Source of the DNA: Neoconidiobolus thromboides FSU 785
Lineage: Eukaryota; Fungi; Entomophthoromycota
DNA length: 64,000 nucleotides
Direction of reading: 5' to 3'
Assembly (NCBI GenBank): GCA_025603075.1
Contig: MU626277.1
Coordinates: forward strand, 65,680-129,679
A program made the position numbers and the translations under genes. The first letter of the stretch is position 1. The number at the start of each line of letters is the position of its first letter. Shown piece by piece: positions 1-12,840 of this stretch. The notes under the pieces were generated by a model. The model saw only the letters and a program-made list of their open reading frames with translations, had not been told where the DNA came from and did no database searches.

Positions 1-2579
1 AAATATGATATCAACCCAAACGACACGTTTGAAGATATGAACCTTCATAATGAATCTATCTTTGAAAACCAGGTGGTAGAGTTCCAAAGGAACGCGGTTG
101 AGATCGATGATATGTTAATGCCAGGTAATCCAATCCCTTTAATAAGAATAGTAAATAACTCATCATTATAGACGTATCTAGAATCTTAGTTATCTACACA
201 GGAGGTACAATTGGTATGACTCATAACAGAGATAACGGATACGAGCCAAAAGCCAACTATCTAAGCGAAACTTTGGCTTCTCAATCACGATTTCATGACC
301 CAGAAGGTTTGTTTAACTCTAGCAATAACAATTCAGTAAACAGCTCAAGGGTAAATTCTTTTGTTAATCTTGCCTCTTTATCTAGCCCAATGTCGCCTAC
401 CTCCTCAGAAAGTAAAGGTGCTTCGCTCTTAACCCCAAAAAACAAACTTCGGTGGCTATTGACCCCAAAATCCCTTTATGGTAAGAGGATTAGATACGCT
501 ATCAAAGAATATGATCCACTATTGGACTCATGTAATATGACTATGGCAGGTAGATTTTTAACTATGTCCCTATTAACTATTTATACCTTTCTGCAGATTG
601 GATTAAGATAGCAACAGATATTGAAGTCAACTATAAGAAATATGATGCTTTTATAGTACTACATGGTAATATATATATGTGTAAAATTTGAGGGCTAAAA
701 TAGGTTAAATAGGCACCGATACCATGGCCTATACAGCTTCAGCATTGAGTTTTATGCTCGAAGACTTGGGGTATTTATTTTAGCAGTTAAAACCAGCATT
801 TTTACTTATACAGCTTTAGAAAAACGGTAATAATCACGGGATCTCAAGTACCAATATCAGAGGTGCGTAACGATGCTATTGAAAACTTATTGGGAGCCTT
901 GACTGTGGCTGGCCACTTTGTTATCCCAGAAGTTTGTTTGTATTTTGGCAATAAATTGTTCAGAGGCAATCGATGCTCTAAAGTAAGTGCAATTGATTTT
1001 GAAGCTTTTGACTCCCCAAATTTAAGGCCTTTGGTACATATTGGAGTTAATATTGGTAAGACATATGGGCCTTTTTTAATTTAGTTTAATTTAGTCTATT
1101 AATATTTGATAGAGGTCAACTGGAACCAAGTTTTAAAACCAAAAGCAATTGGTAGGTTTAAGGTGCATAAAGCAATGAATCCAAATGTAGCTGCTTTACG
1201 TTTGTTCCCTGGTATCACGGAAGCAACAGTGAAAGCATTTTTATCACAATCAATCCAAGGAGTTGTCTTAGAAACTTTTGGAGCTGGGAATGCGCCTAAT
1301 AGAGCTGACATATTGAATGCGTTAAAAGAAGCTAGCGCTCGTGGTACTGTTATTGTGAATTGTACTCAATGTAATTATTTTTTTTATACTGAGATGTTTT
1401 CTCATAATTAATAGGTAGAAAAGGTTCAGTTGCTGACCTTTATGCTACAGCTAAAGGATTAAAAGATGCAGGAGTTGTGCCTGGGATAGATATGACGCCA
1501 GAGGTATTAAATATTTTATTCAATAAAATTTATTTATAATTAACTTATAGTGCGCATTAACTAAATTAAGTTATTTGCTTGCAAAAGATTTGAGCGCGAA
1601 TAAAGTAAGAGAGCTAATGAGGAAAAACTTGAGGGGAGAGCTAACTGGGGAATTGTTTATTGATAATTTGGAAATTTTTGATGAAAAGGATGATAGCTTG
1701 GAATGTGGCTCTGATCTAATATTTATTGCAAAGAAATTGTCAGAGCTTCAGCTTAATGATACAATGAACAGTAATGAAAAAGTCAAAGTCATAAATCCAG
1801 GGAACAAGTTTGAAAAAACGATATTCCCAGTGTTACTTTGCAATGCGGCTGGTGTCAACGATGTAGAATGCTTAAAATATTTATTAAAGTCAAGACCTAA
1901 TAGTTTTAATGTTAACTGCGTCGATTATGAGGGAAGAACTCCGATAGTAAGTTATTCGAGTAATTGTTTAACTATCGATTTGTTGCTTATTATTTTAGCA
2001 TATTGCAAGTTCTCTAGGACACTATGATATTGCTAAATTTTTACTATTAAATGGTGCTGCTTTACACCTGTTAGATCGATCTGGGCACACTCCTTTGTAT
2101 TATGCTGCTTATCATGGGCATTCAAACATCATCCAGTTATTGCTTAATGATGGAGCCCATCTTAATAGTGCTGAGTTACGTAAATCCAAGGCTTATTTTA
2201 TTGAGTATCTTCATTTCTAATTTTTTGGTTTTGCATACTCAAATTACTTTTAGTGCGGCATCTAAGGGACTTTCAACCAAAGCAGGCTACTTTTTAGAAG
2301 CTGGCCTTGATGTCAATTGTTATAATTCGGATTTACGTACAGCTTTACATATGGTAATTAGTTATTATTTTTCTAATTTATTGTTTATTTTTCAAGGCTA
2401 TTTGTAACCAAAAATTAAGCACGGTTGAGACATTATTAAGCTTCTCTGATATACGTGGAGACATCAAAGATCGTAATGGGAAAACTTCTATTGATGAAGC
2501 TAAAGATGCGTTAGAGTTGGATCCTTCTCCTTTAACTAAGGAAATTTATCAGCTGGTCTGTAACAAGTTTATAAATTAG
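1..2579 (+). CDS. L-asparaginase/lysophospholipase with C-terminal ankyrin repeats (ASPG-like); multi-exon, 5' end probably outside the window
   Basis: Spliced reading gives RILVIYTGGTIGM (intron 125-171), DAFIVLHG/TDTMAYTASALSF, GVVLETFGAGNAP and ankyrin motifs DYEGRTP, DRSGHTPL and DLRTALH. Stop TAG at 2577-2579. Confidence 0.9.
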
Positions 2580-2712
2580 GACCAGTCAAGTTATTTTAGA
2601 ATATATATTAAATAAAAATTAACCAAAATATTAAGTATGAAATCCGGTGTAAAATTTTAATTCTAATTAAACAAACATTATAAAATAACTGTAGGTAATA
2701 AACAAAAAATAG

Positions 2713-5700
2713 TCATTTTAATTTCTTAGTAAAATATTTCAAGATAGCTTGTTGAGAGTTATTAGAATTATTGGAATTGCTAGTTTTGGATTTTCTTTTT
2801 CTAGAAGACTCGTTTTCCTTAGTTTTGGATTTCTTTTTTTCAGAGGCCCTGTTCTCTTTAAGCTTGGGTTGCTTTAAACATATATCGATATGATCATTAA
2901 TTTGTACAAGGTTTGTAAATATATTATTGAAACTATTTTGACATATTGGGCACACAAAATCATCTGGCATTAAATTGTCTGTTATTTCGTTTGCATTATC
3001 AATATCATTTGATATATCTAACATATCCTCTCCATCTGTTAAAAAAGTAAATTCGTCCTAAACAAATTAAGTTAAATTAAAAGTGCAAATAATATAATAA
3101 AATCACCTCATTTTCATCATCTAGTAACATCATTTCATTTAAGTCTGTATACTGTCTTTCTAAATTATTTTTAATTTCTTCTTTACTATCTTTATGTGGT
3201 TTCAAGTACTACAAAATGTAAACTAAAACTAATTAAAACGAAAGGACTTACTTTCAGTATCGAATTCTTATTTTCATTTTCATCTGTGGATATTAAATTA
3301 GACAACCTCAAGCCAAGAAGCCTCAATGAAACCGGGTGTTCTTTTATAAGTAACTTAAACATATTAAGTAATAATAAGAGTCATATGCACTAATGCTTTA
3401 CCTTTTTCCCGGCTTCAAACAAATCGTCACAAGTAGCCAAATATCTTGGAAAAGATTTGGATTTTACTCGAACATCAAAATCAACTGATTTGATTGTTAA
3501 AGTTACTGTTTTCCCCTAAAAATATGAATATTTAAGTGTTGCTATATATATGTTTACTTTTATTTTCTTTTTTTCGATATCCTCACTTAGAGATTTGGCC
3601 AATTCCTTTAATTTATTGAGCAAATCTTCTAAATTACTCAGTTCGCCAAATGTTCTATTATATTAATAAATATAATGTGTACTAATATTTGAACTAATTT
3701 ACCTTGATATACCTACACTTTTCCTTGATTCTAAACTAAAAAAATAATCAGTACAGTTCTTATATGGCAAAGTATAGTCACGTACATTTCAATATTAGTA
3801 TTCGCTATCCCTAAACTAGCTTTGAATAAAAACATAAATGTTTTCTCATAGAATAGACAATAAACTATTGCTCGATTCTCATACTGTTGGATCGTCATTA
3901 GTAATCAAAATAATAGTTTCTAAAAAAAAATACAATGTCTTGACATTTTTCGATTCCAAGTGAATTTAAAACTCGTTCTGTTACTCTCCCAATACCTTGA
4001 ACAATTTTTTAATATTGAAAGAGTTAAATTAGCTAAGGACATACCTGTAACCTTTCTAATTGGCAAAGATGATATAAACTTTATCACTTCTTCTCTACTA
4101 CTTTCAAGCATGAATTGACCTATATAGTAAAGTTTATTATATTTCAATATACTATACAATTATAATTATCTACCATTTGGCTTTCTATGATCGGAAGCAA
4201 TCTAAGTGAAATTTAAACATATAAGAAGAATTTTATGCTCTATCTTACTTTTGCTAATAAGCTTTTCAATAGTTAATTGAATTTTGTTAACCATGATATC
4301 ATGTTACCTATTACATGCTATCCCAGCGCTCGCTAACAATTATTTTAGTTTAAAAATAAGGTGGTTGTTTGTTATTACCAGTCAATTTCGTTTTTCTAAA
4401 CTATAAGTTTCAATCATAATATTATTGAATGAATTTACTCAAATATTTCTTCTCTTAATTTAGTCACTGCATCATATGCTGATATTTGATTTTCATTACA
4501 ATAATTCGTTATATTTAAATATGCTTAAATATAAATATGAATATCACGGTTCAATTAATTAATATCTCAAATTAGTACCTTCATCTAAACTGACAGCTCT
4601 ATTTTAATAGATAAATCAATTGACTTTACCATTATAAACCCTATCTTACCTGTAATTAAGATCATACCTCTTGATTTTGGAATGATTAATAGACAGAATA
4701 ATGACTAATACAAACTTACTTCAAAAATTTCACATACTTGTCTCGATATCTCGCTATAAAGTAAATAAGGAAACAAAAATAAAACAAAGTATATTTACGT
4801 GTATCTATCAAATCTACATGGAACTATGTTCAGCTCTTAGGAAAGGTTAATATTGATTGGCAATAATTAGACTATAAAATACTTGGGCATAACTCCTAAA
4901 AAAATTAACTGAATAAATATTATCTCAAATAGTTTACCTTTGCAATAAACCCAGGCATAGCTGACCTTACACCATATTTCCTTTTGTTGAAACTATTAAG
5001 TTGTGATTCATTTTGTACTAATCAATATACCTTGCTTCATCTAAATTTTATTTTAATATGTCAACATAAAAAAACTATTTGGAATTACAATTCGCTGTAC
5101 ATAACATATTAGGTCCCTATTTTTTTTACTATTAGCGTTGCTATTAACTTATTAAAGCCAAACTTACACCAACAGCGGTAGGAACACCTCTTAGTTTTGG
5201 GTTGTCAAGCTCTTCAACGGCAGCATAGAAAGCTAAATCATTAGATATGTTCTGCATTTTAACATTAAATAATACCATCCATATCAACATGAATAATATT
5301 TTGGGACAAATCTCTATCATTCTCCAATTCAGCTTCCAACTTATTTAAAAAAGGCAAGTAGATATTAAACTCATTAAAGTTTAAATTTTTATAAACCTCC
5401 ATCATATCTTCTACTTTTTTCTTTAATTTTTCTTCTTTTCTTTTTTCATTCTCAAAATATCTACTTCCCTATCACTCATAAATTTTGAAAATTTCAATTT
5501 TAAAAAAAAGTCAATTTACTTTCGATATCTCATAAATTTTTTTATTAATCGCGTCTCTGTCAATCACGTTTAACCCCGCTTTTGCGCTACTTGGTCCTGC
5601 CATTCTTTTGACTAAAAGATCATTTGCTTGTGTTGATTGTATTACTTGTGTTGTTTTCTCTTTGTCCCAATTCATTCCTGATCTTAATTCAACAGAAAAA

Positions 5701-5732
5701 AGACGCGATTTAAAAGAGTCGCGCTTTTTCAT
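2713..5732 (-). CDS. POLK: DNA polymerase kappa (DinB/Y-family) with C-terminal UBZ zinc finger; multi-exon, true start uncertain (5732, ~5675 or later)
   Basis: N-terminal MAGPSSAKAGL...DRDAINKKIYEISK, spliced [29 protein letters not shown] and AMPGFIAK, little-finger region GKTVTLTIKSVDFDVRVKS, and CPICQ...HIDICL zinc finger. Confidence 0.9.
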
Positions 5733-6238
5733 TTCTGACTTGATGAAGTCACTTCCCTATTTGATTGGTTATTGAAGTAGTGAGCTCTCTCAACTCCAAT
5801 CATCAAAGTTGCTTGATTTGAAATTAATTTTTTGGCATTATTTCATTTATTTAATAAAATGTTTTCAGCTGTGCCTATGTATTTAATAATGGGTGTCTTA
5901 ATTTAATTATTATAGGATTTAAAAGCTCCGACTGATTATATCATTGCGGATGTGTTTAATTTTTTACTATTACTTTGAATAATGCTGAATCCAGACTTAT
6001 ATTATAAACTAAAATACAATTTTATCTGATAAGCAATGATGTTTTTAAAGCATGAGATTTCATTTCAGTATAATATTAGATGAACTTTAAAACTGATTGA
6101 ATTAGATTAAAATGCAAGATAATCTATTATACAATCAAACTCATGATATCATAATCTGAAAATTCACTCAATTGATAATTTAACTTATTAATAAAACTAA
6201 CAGAAAACTAATACTTGCTAAGATTTTATTTCAAAAAT

Positions 6239-7615
6239 TTAAAGTCCTAAACGACGTAAATAAGCATCACGTTCGGTAAAAGTGTAAACAATACGAGTTT
6301 TTGCATATCCGTTAAACTCAGAAGCAGCACAACTAGTATAAGCACCCATATTATCACAATAGATCCAATCGTTGACATCAAGCTCAGGTAAAAGACAGTT
6401 TTTATTAATTACGTCTAAACTATCACAAGTTGGGCCCCAGATACTACTTTCAAAATTATAAGCATGTTCAAGTTCAGGGAAATCTTGGAAAAAGATACCA
6501 GACTTCATAAGCACTTTTGGATAGATCACTTGGTGATCAAACATGATACAATTGAAACTACCATAAACACCATCGTTTATATAGTACATATAAGAGGGAT
6601 GATCTGCAACACTTATTTTTGAGTTTTCAAACCCTTTTGGTCCCTCATCATCAGAAGAAGCATCACGTGGAACAACACGACGAGAAGTAACATTGCAGGC
6701 AATTACAAAAGCAGTAGTAACAAAGTAACGTCCTGGCTCAGAGATAAGCTCTAGCCCTCCTTCAGGGAAGTATCTTTTAAGACTTTTGTCAACAACCTCT
6801 GCAATTCCTTTTAACAAATCGGAATTTTGTTGATCATTGGAGCCTGGGAACCCACCACCGATATCTAAAAGTGTAGGTTTAAATCCAAATTCAGCAGCTT
6901 GGTCAAACACAACTCTAGCTCTTGAAATAGCATCACGATAAGAGTCTGGATCATGGCATCCACTACCAACATGGAAACTTACACCAATTAATTCAAGGCC
7001 AAGTTCATGAGCAAGGCTAACAAGCTGATAGCTATTAGAAAGAGAAGCACCAAATTTAACACCAAATTGACACATGGATTTGGAGTCATCAGTCAAGATA
7101 CGTAAAACAACCTGAGCATTTGGATGGGCCATTTTGATTTTGCGAAGTTCATCAGCATTGTCAAAAGTCATACGTCGAACGTTTACTGAAGCGGCAAAAC
7201 GAATGTGACTCATTGGTTTACAAGGGTTGGCGTAGATAATACGGGATGGATCAACGCCAAGATTCAAAACAGTTTGAATTTCAGTCTTACTTGCACAATC
7301 AAAGCCAGTACCAAGCGAAGCTAAAAGTCTTAAAACTTCTGGATCAGGATTACATTTGATGGCAAAGTATGGCTTAATAGTGGGAAAATTGTATTCCCAT
7401 TTAACAAGTTGACGATAAACTTCACCAAGATCACCTACCATAAAAGCATCATCTGAAGTGTTCTCGATGGCAGCAAGTTCTTGTTTAATGGTCTCGAAAA
7501 CAGGGGTTGCACCAATTGAGGATGATACCAAGGGAGTCTTGATAGGGTTGAATTTGGAAAAGTGCTTATTGATAGGCTCGGTAGCCTTAATAGGATGAGA
7601 AAATACTTCCAACAT
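6239..7615 (-). CDS. SPE1: Ornithine decarboxylase (intronless CDS, 458 aa)
   Basis: PYFAIKCNPD (PLP lysine), GFDCASK, FHVGSG, LLDIGGGF, EPGRYF, WGPTCDSLD (catalytic Cys) and GAYT motifs are all intact. Confidence 0.97.
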   Translation of the reverse strand: MLEVFSHPIKATEPINKHFSKFNPIKTPLVSSSIGATPVFETIKQELAAIENTSDDAFMVGDLGEVYRQLVKWEYNFPTIKPYFAIKCNPDPEVLRLLASLGTGFDCASKTEIQTVLNLGVDPSRIIYANPCKPMSHIRFAASVNVRRMTFDNADELRKIKMAHPNAQVVLRILTDDSKSMCQFGVKFGASLSNSYQLVSLAHELGLELIGVSFHVGSGCHDPDSYRDAISRARVVFDQAAEFGFKPTLLDIGGGFPGSNDQQNSDLLKGIAEVVDKSLKRYFPEGGLELISEPGRYFVTTAFVIACNVTSRRVVPRDASSDDEGPKGFENSKISVADHPSYMYYINDGVYGSFNCIMFDHQVIYPKVLMKSGIFFQDFPELEHAYNFESSIWGPTCDSLDVINKNCLLPELDVNDWIYCDNMGAYTSCAASEFNGYAKTRIVYTFTERDAYLRRLGL

Positions 7616-7788
7616 AATAAGATTAATGATTAAAGTTGATTGGTAATATTACCCAGGCGAACTTAAAGGAGAGCTGTAAAAGAAAGCTTCTGGACTCAAA
7701 ACTGCAAATTAAAGGTCCACTAAAATAAAAGTGGTCTAAGACTGTAAAGGAATGTAGTTATAAACTAAATCGGTTTCAAGCTAACGAC

Positions 7789-7872
7789 CTATAAGTTCCA
7801 AGGTGGTTGAGCTGAAAAGACTCGGTAAAGTTTGTGTACTGGGTTTGACGAAAACGTGTTGATAAATAGCAC
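7789..7872 (-). promoter_or_regulatory. AUG-less upstream coding region (uCC-type uORF) in the ODC 5' leader, ending ...KLYRVFSAQPPWNL*
   Basis: Minus-strand frame 7872-7789 reads VLFINTFSSNPVHKLYRVFSAQPPWNL*. There is no ATG between 7980 and the ODC ATG at 7615. The PPW ending matches the uCC described for ODC/antizyme-inhibitor mRNAs. Confidence 0.75.
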
Positions 7873-7973
7873 TTACCCTTAGTTGGAAAAGTGCTCACAA
7901 TCAAAAAAAGTAAGGTAAAAGAATGATAATAAGATTCTAAAAACTTAATTGAAATTTAAAGAAAAATTGGATC

Positions 7974-7981
7974 TATTTATA
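7974..7981 (-). promoter_or_regulatory. Putative TATA box of the ODC gene
   Basis: TATAAATA on the minus strand, about 360 nt upstream of the ODC ATG and just upstream of the ATG-free leader. Confidence 0.4.
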
Positions 7982-9970
7982 CTGTTTGGTCAAACTTAAT
8001 TTGAAATTTAGTTTGAAAATTAATGCAATGATTCAAGAAAAGAGAAGCTTAAAAACAGTCCAATTTTCAATTTAATACTTTTTGCTTAAAAATGATTTAA
8101 AGTGGAGTTTTTATACCCTGCTCAATAAAAGATTGTGCAATTCTGAGTTACTAAATTTAGCGCCTTATTTAGCTATTCCTTATCACAAAATAACATCAAT
8201 AAAAGCATAATTTATTATACTGACATGAGAAACTAAATAATTAAAGTTGAACTATTCGTAATCATGAAAAGTAAGGATAGAAGTTAAAATGACATAGTTT
8301 AATACTGGTTTAACATTAAGGTTAATAAAACATTTCAGATATCTATATTGTATCAATTATATTATATAATAAATTTCATACTATACTATGTTATATTGAT
8401 AATAAGATAGGTTAATTGCCATAATGCTAAAGTAGTGTAGTGAATACATATTAATCAAGTTGTTAAGTAATAAAGAATAATTGAATAATCAGATTAAATA
8501 CGTATGATAATGTATAAATAGATATAATATACAAATCTAAAGTATTTATCAGATATAATACTCTTATCAACAACAATGGAATCAAGAATTAACAAATCAA
8601 AGCTTTTTCAAATGAACATATCAATGAGTACAAATTATACAATCGAGCTTTTTATAAATAAAATACTATAGTTTTGTTTAGGTATCATCTGATACGAGGG
8701 TTAAAGTGCAAACATTTAGATTATTTTTTAAAATAAATATTGCTATAGTAATGTGATTTAACTATAGTAAATTTACAATGGATTGTTTGGTTTACACGAT
8801 TAAATAAGATGCTCTAAAAAAAGCTTACCATAATCGGGAAATTAAAAATTCTATTCATCTAGACAATATATACACGTATTATTCAAAAATATAAACTATA
8901 CTTACATTAATATTGATCTGATATTAGCTTATGAATTTTTATTAGTTCTCTCTTACACTATAAATTTAATCAGATTAGATTAATTAAAATAAAAATATGG
9001 TAAACAGGCTGCACCACACCCAATACAATTCATTTAACTCGGTCTTTAACTGGCTATTATTTTGTAATGCAATTATCCTATTTGTATAAAATAAATTTCT
9101 AAATATTTATTACTAATAATGATCTAAAATTCAAATTAATGTTTCATTAAAAGCGTGAAAATCGAAGTAAGCCCTATCAACCTTTAAGTCAATCCTTTAA
9201 ACCATAAAAAATTGTGGAGGTTCTATTACTATTTCATGTTATCCTATCCTGAGATTATTATTTGAAAATAGCACTCAAGCCATGCTTAAAATGAAGTTTA
9301 CTTTATAAATATGGCCATTATTCAATTTATTCGGCTTAATTATTGAAAATAATATTACTCTTGGCCAAAACTCCCAATTGATGTTGGTATAAACTACTGC
9401 TGATTTAGCATATTGTAAGGAAAAAGTGTAAAAATGAGAGATCAGATTCATAAAATTACTGATAGAGTTGAATCAATAAAGCAAAGAGTTGATTTATATA
9501 AGTTTGTAAACAAACTCCTTATTATGAATTATTTCATTTTTATTAAAATTTCAGGAAGCTCAAACAAATCATGATTACTTAGGAGCTCGCTTATTATGAG
9601 TTGCTTGATTTTTATTCTTAATTTTAGAAAATATTATTTTTGAATGGTTTGGCTTAATTATAAATTTATCATTCTTAAACCGAAAATTAACACTATTAAT
9701 AGTGAGACATAAAGAGCTATAAATATTAAAACATGATTAAAAAATTCAATTTAAGCCGAGGATTGGTAACCTATATATCAAACGAAGTAAAATAGCAATA
9801 ATTACTTAGAATATAGATGCCAAAAAGTATTATTTATTAATAGTGGTCCCATAGCTTTCTAAAAAGAAATGATGCAAGGCTTTTAGTCATATCTTTAGTC
9901 TAGCATATAGCGCTACTAATTGATATCTTTTACATTTCTAAAAAGGCTTAAAACAAGCATATTTATTAAT

Positions 9971-10068
9971 GGGGATGTTTTTTTGGCTTCATTACTTTTT
10001 CCATCCTTTAAGCGCTATTTGGGTGGAAAAATTATTAGTAAAATTCTTGAACAAAAAGATACATCCCC
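9971..10068 (+). mobile_element. MITE family copy 1 (~98 bp foldback element)
   Basis: GGGGATGT...ACATCCCC termini and internal TTTTTCCA..TTTAAGCGCTATTTGGG..TGGAAAAA. Flanks TAAT/ATAT. Confidence 0.85.
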
Positions 10069-10312
10069 ATATATAAACTTCAAAGGTATAACAGATATTT
10101 ATTAATATGATATCTATAACTATTAGCTTATAAATCCAACATAAAAGAATTTTATTTATTTAAAATTACTGTTAGAATTTTGTTAAAAAGTAAATTTAGT
10201 ATCCATATGAAAATAATTATACGACTAAATATTCTTTTATAATTATTAAACAATTAAAAAGTATGTATTAACATTTTATTCAAGCATATGCGGGGATATA
10301 AAATTCTTAATA

Positions 10313-11650
10313 TCAAGCATCGAACTCGATAATATTCGAATATTTATCAATTAAGTTGAAAGGTAAATTAGTATCATCTATGATTATTTTTTTAAGATTC
10401 TTTGAATTTTCCAACAACCACTTAACATGTTCATTAAAGCCATATCCTTCTTCACAATTTGCTATCTCTATCAAGTTTAAATTTAAGTTTACATTCTTTC
10501 GATTAAATTTAATATCGTCAATAAACTCACATCGGTTCAATATATATACCATTAAATTAGGGCAATGCTTTGTAATAAAATTATAAAAGTAAGACCCCAA
10601 ACTAAATCCATGAATTTTAAGTTTAATTAAATTTGTATTTTGCTTAATGAATACTTCTTGTAGCAAAAGAAGATCACAACTATATGTTTTTATTGTAAGT
10701 GAAGTTAAATTAGGAAAACTAAATAACTCCCGAAGTTGTTGAACTCTCAAGTTATAAAAATGCTTGACTTTTAATATCCTTAATTCTGGGAATTGATCTA
10801 CTTTTAGAGTATTAAGTTTGAAACCAAGGTCACTAATAGTTAACGCTGTAATTTTTGAAACTCCAATGAATTGTATTTCTCCGTTCTCAGCTATCACTAA
10901 ATCTTTAAGATTTGGAAAATTATCAAAGTTGATGATTAAAATATTGTCGTCTAATTCTACGTGACAAAGTGCTAAGCTTACTAATGTGGTGAATCGGGTT
11001 GCTTTAAAATAGGTATAATCTTGCTCATTCAAACTAGTATACTCTAATCCTAGACGCTTTAAATTGGTTAATCTCGTAAGTAAACTTTCAAAAAATGGAT
11101 CATTATCATCAGTAGAACCTAGATACAAAGAATGCATAGATGGAGGAAGTGTGGGCATAACTATTGATTTAAAATAATCATAAATATAGGGAATCTCTAA
11201 ATAAGTTAAATTGGATAACAGATGCTCTAAAGACATTTCATTTACAAAAACATATTCAACAAGATTCATATCATCCAATTCGTCATCCAATATAGTAGCT
11301 GTCAATTTCATTTCTATAAGTTCAACTAAATTCTTTAGATAAGTGCTAATTGAACAATTAAGATGAGCTGCGTTTGGGAAAATGCTTCTACGAATTGGCA
11401 ATTCTGGATCATTACTTAAATTTAAATATTTAATATAGCGACCGTAATATTTGTAAGCTCTTACTCTTCGTTTGTTGTCAAAACAATAGGATTTAGGCTC
11501 AATGTCTTCCCATATCAAAGGTAAAAGAAATCTATTCCAATCCTTACAACAAATTAATAAATTGACATAGTCCTTTCCGTCCAAGTGATATAAAATTTGT
11601 TTAAAATTATCTACAGGTATATTTAAAAAATCAATGCTCTTATTGCTCAT
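10313..11650 (-). CDS. F-box / leucine-rich-repeat (RNI-like) protein, intronless, 445 aa
   Basis: N-terminal F-box-like FLNIPVDNFKQILYHLDGKDYVNLLICCKDW..LIWE followed by degenerate LxxLxL repeats (NLTYLEI, NLKRLGL, NLKDLVI, NLTSLTI). Confidence 0.8.
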   Translation of the reverse strand: MSNKSIDFLNIPVDNFKQILYHLDGKDYVNLLICCKDWNRFLLPLIWEDIEPKSYCFDNKRRVRAYKYYGRYIKYLNLSNDPELPIRRSIFPNAAHLNCSISTYLKNLVELIEMKLTATILDDELDDMNLVEYVFVNEMSLEHLLSNLTYLEIPYIYDYFKSIVMPTLPPSMHSLYLGSTDDNDPFFESLLTRLTNLKRLGLEYTSLNEQDYTYFKATRFTTLVSLALCHVELDDNILIINFDNFPNLKDLVIAENGEIQFIGVSKITALTISDLGFKLNTLKVDQFPELRILKVKHFYNLRVQQLRELFSFPNLTSLTIKTYSCDLLLLQEVFIKQNTNLIKLKIHGFSLGSYFYNFITKHCPNLMVYILNRCEFIDDIKFNRKNVNLNLNLIEIANCEEGYGFNEHVKWLLENSKNLKKIIIDDTNLPFNLIDKYSNIIEFDA

Positions 11651-12840
11651 TTTACTTTATTTATTTATGAAATTATTTATATAAAGAACATTTTAAATTT
11701 CTTTTCTTTATTACAAATATTGCTTATTAACTTACTGTGCTTTTTATGATGTTGCACTTAAGAACAACACTTGTCAAATTAGTCTCCACTTTTTCAAAAG
11801 CTGGGTTATGCTTATGACGTTTTAGTAAACTTTGCAAACTTAAGTTGAACTTAAGTTACTAGAGATATTATAATAATTATATTATATTATCTTTGATTCA
11901 TGTCTAACTTTTTTAAAAATGCTGAAAAAAATCATAAAACATATTAAATAGATATCTAGAGTATTGATAAATAGTTTTAAAGAATACTAACTTTTGATAT
12001 TCAATAAGGAAAAAGTTCATTTGAATATTGAAAAAGAACCAATTTTATAATAACAAAAATATCAGAAACATCAATCAAACCTTAAGTTTTCATTATCATC
12101 AAAACATTGTAATAGCGATGCTTTATTCAAAAAAAAATACAGTCCTATTTGAACTAAATCTTTACTTATTTTTATAATAAAATTAACTTTAAGTTTTCAA
12201 ATGAAAATTCAAATTTATTAGAAAAAAACTATTTTTGATTAAATTTAGATTAATAAATAATAGTGTAATAAAGTATAACAAAATAACTCAAGACTTAATA
12301 TTAAGACTTTTTTGAGTTATAATAAAACTAGTCGCTTTCTCAAAATATTCAAATATATTCTTAATAGATGTCAAAAGCTAGTATTTTTTTGATAAATTTT
12401 AATAGAACAAAATACACTTAACATTACTATTTAATATTGAAATGCATAGCACTATATCTAACTGTAATGATAAACAATCTTCATATTTATTATGTTATGA
12501 AAAACAGTATTCCCAGTGATTAGATTTAAAATTGAAAGTTATGGCAAAAAAATTTAAATCAATTTAGTGATATAACATGATGCCGGAAAAAATTGAATCT
12601 ATATTCATTGTTTTATACTTTGTGATTTATTAAAATATTAATAAAAACTAAAAGTATATTGAGCATAGACTTTATTTTGCCTAGTACCTTATTGCTTAGG
12701 TTAATGTTTATTAACTATTTTACTTATCTTTATTAACATCAAGCTTTTTTATAATTCTGTCAATAAATAAAGAAATATGTATTTATATTTAATTTTTGAA
12801 TCTACGAATATGTAAAAGCGTAGTTTATCATATGCAATAT

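Noticed and set aside
5730-5804. 24-codon ATG uORF whose TGA overlaps the first Pol kappa ATG
   Set aside because: It spans a CCAAT box and probably lies upstream of the TSS, so it is unlikely to be in the mRNA.
9920-10105. 61-aa ORF, and the similar 41952-42158 ORF
   Set aside because: They run through MITE copies 1 and 9 and have no protein features.
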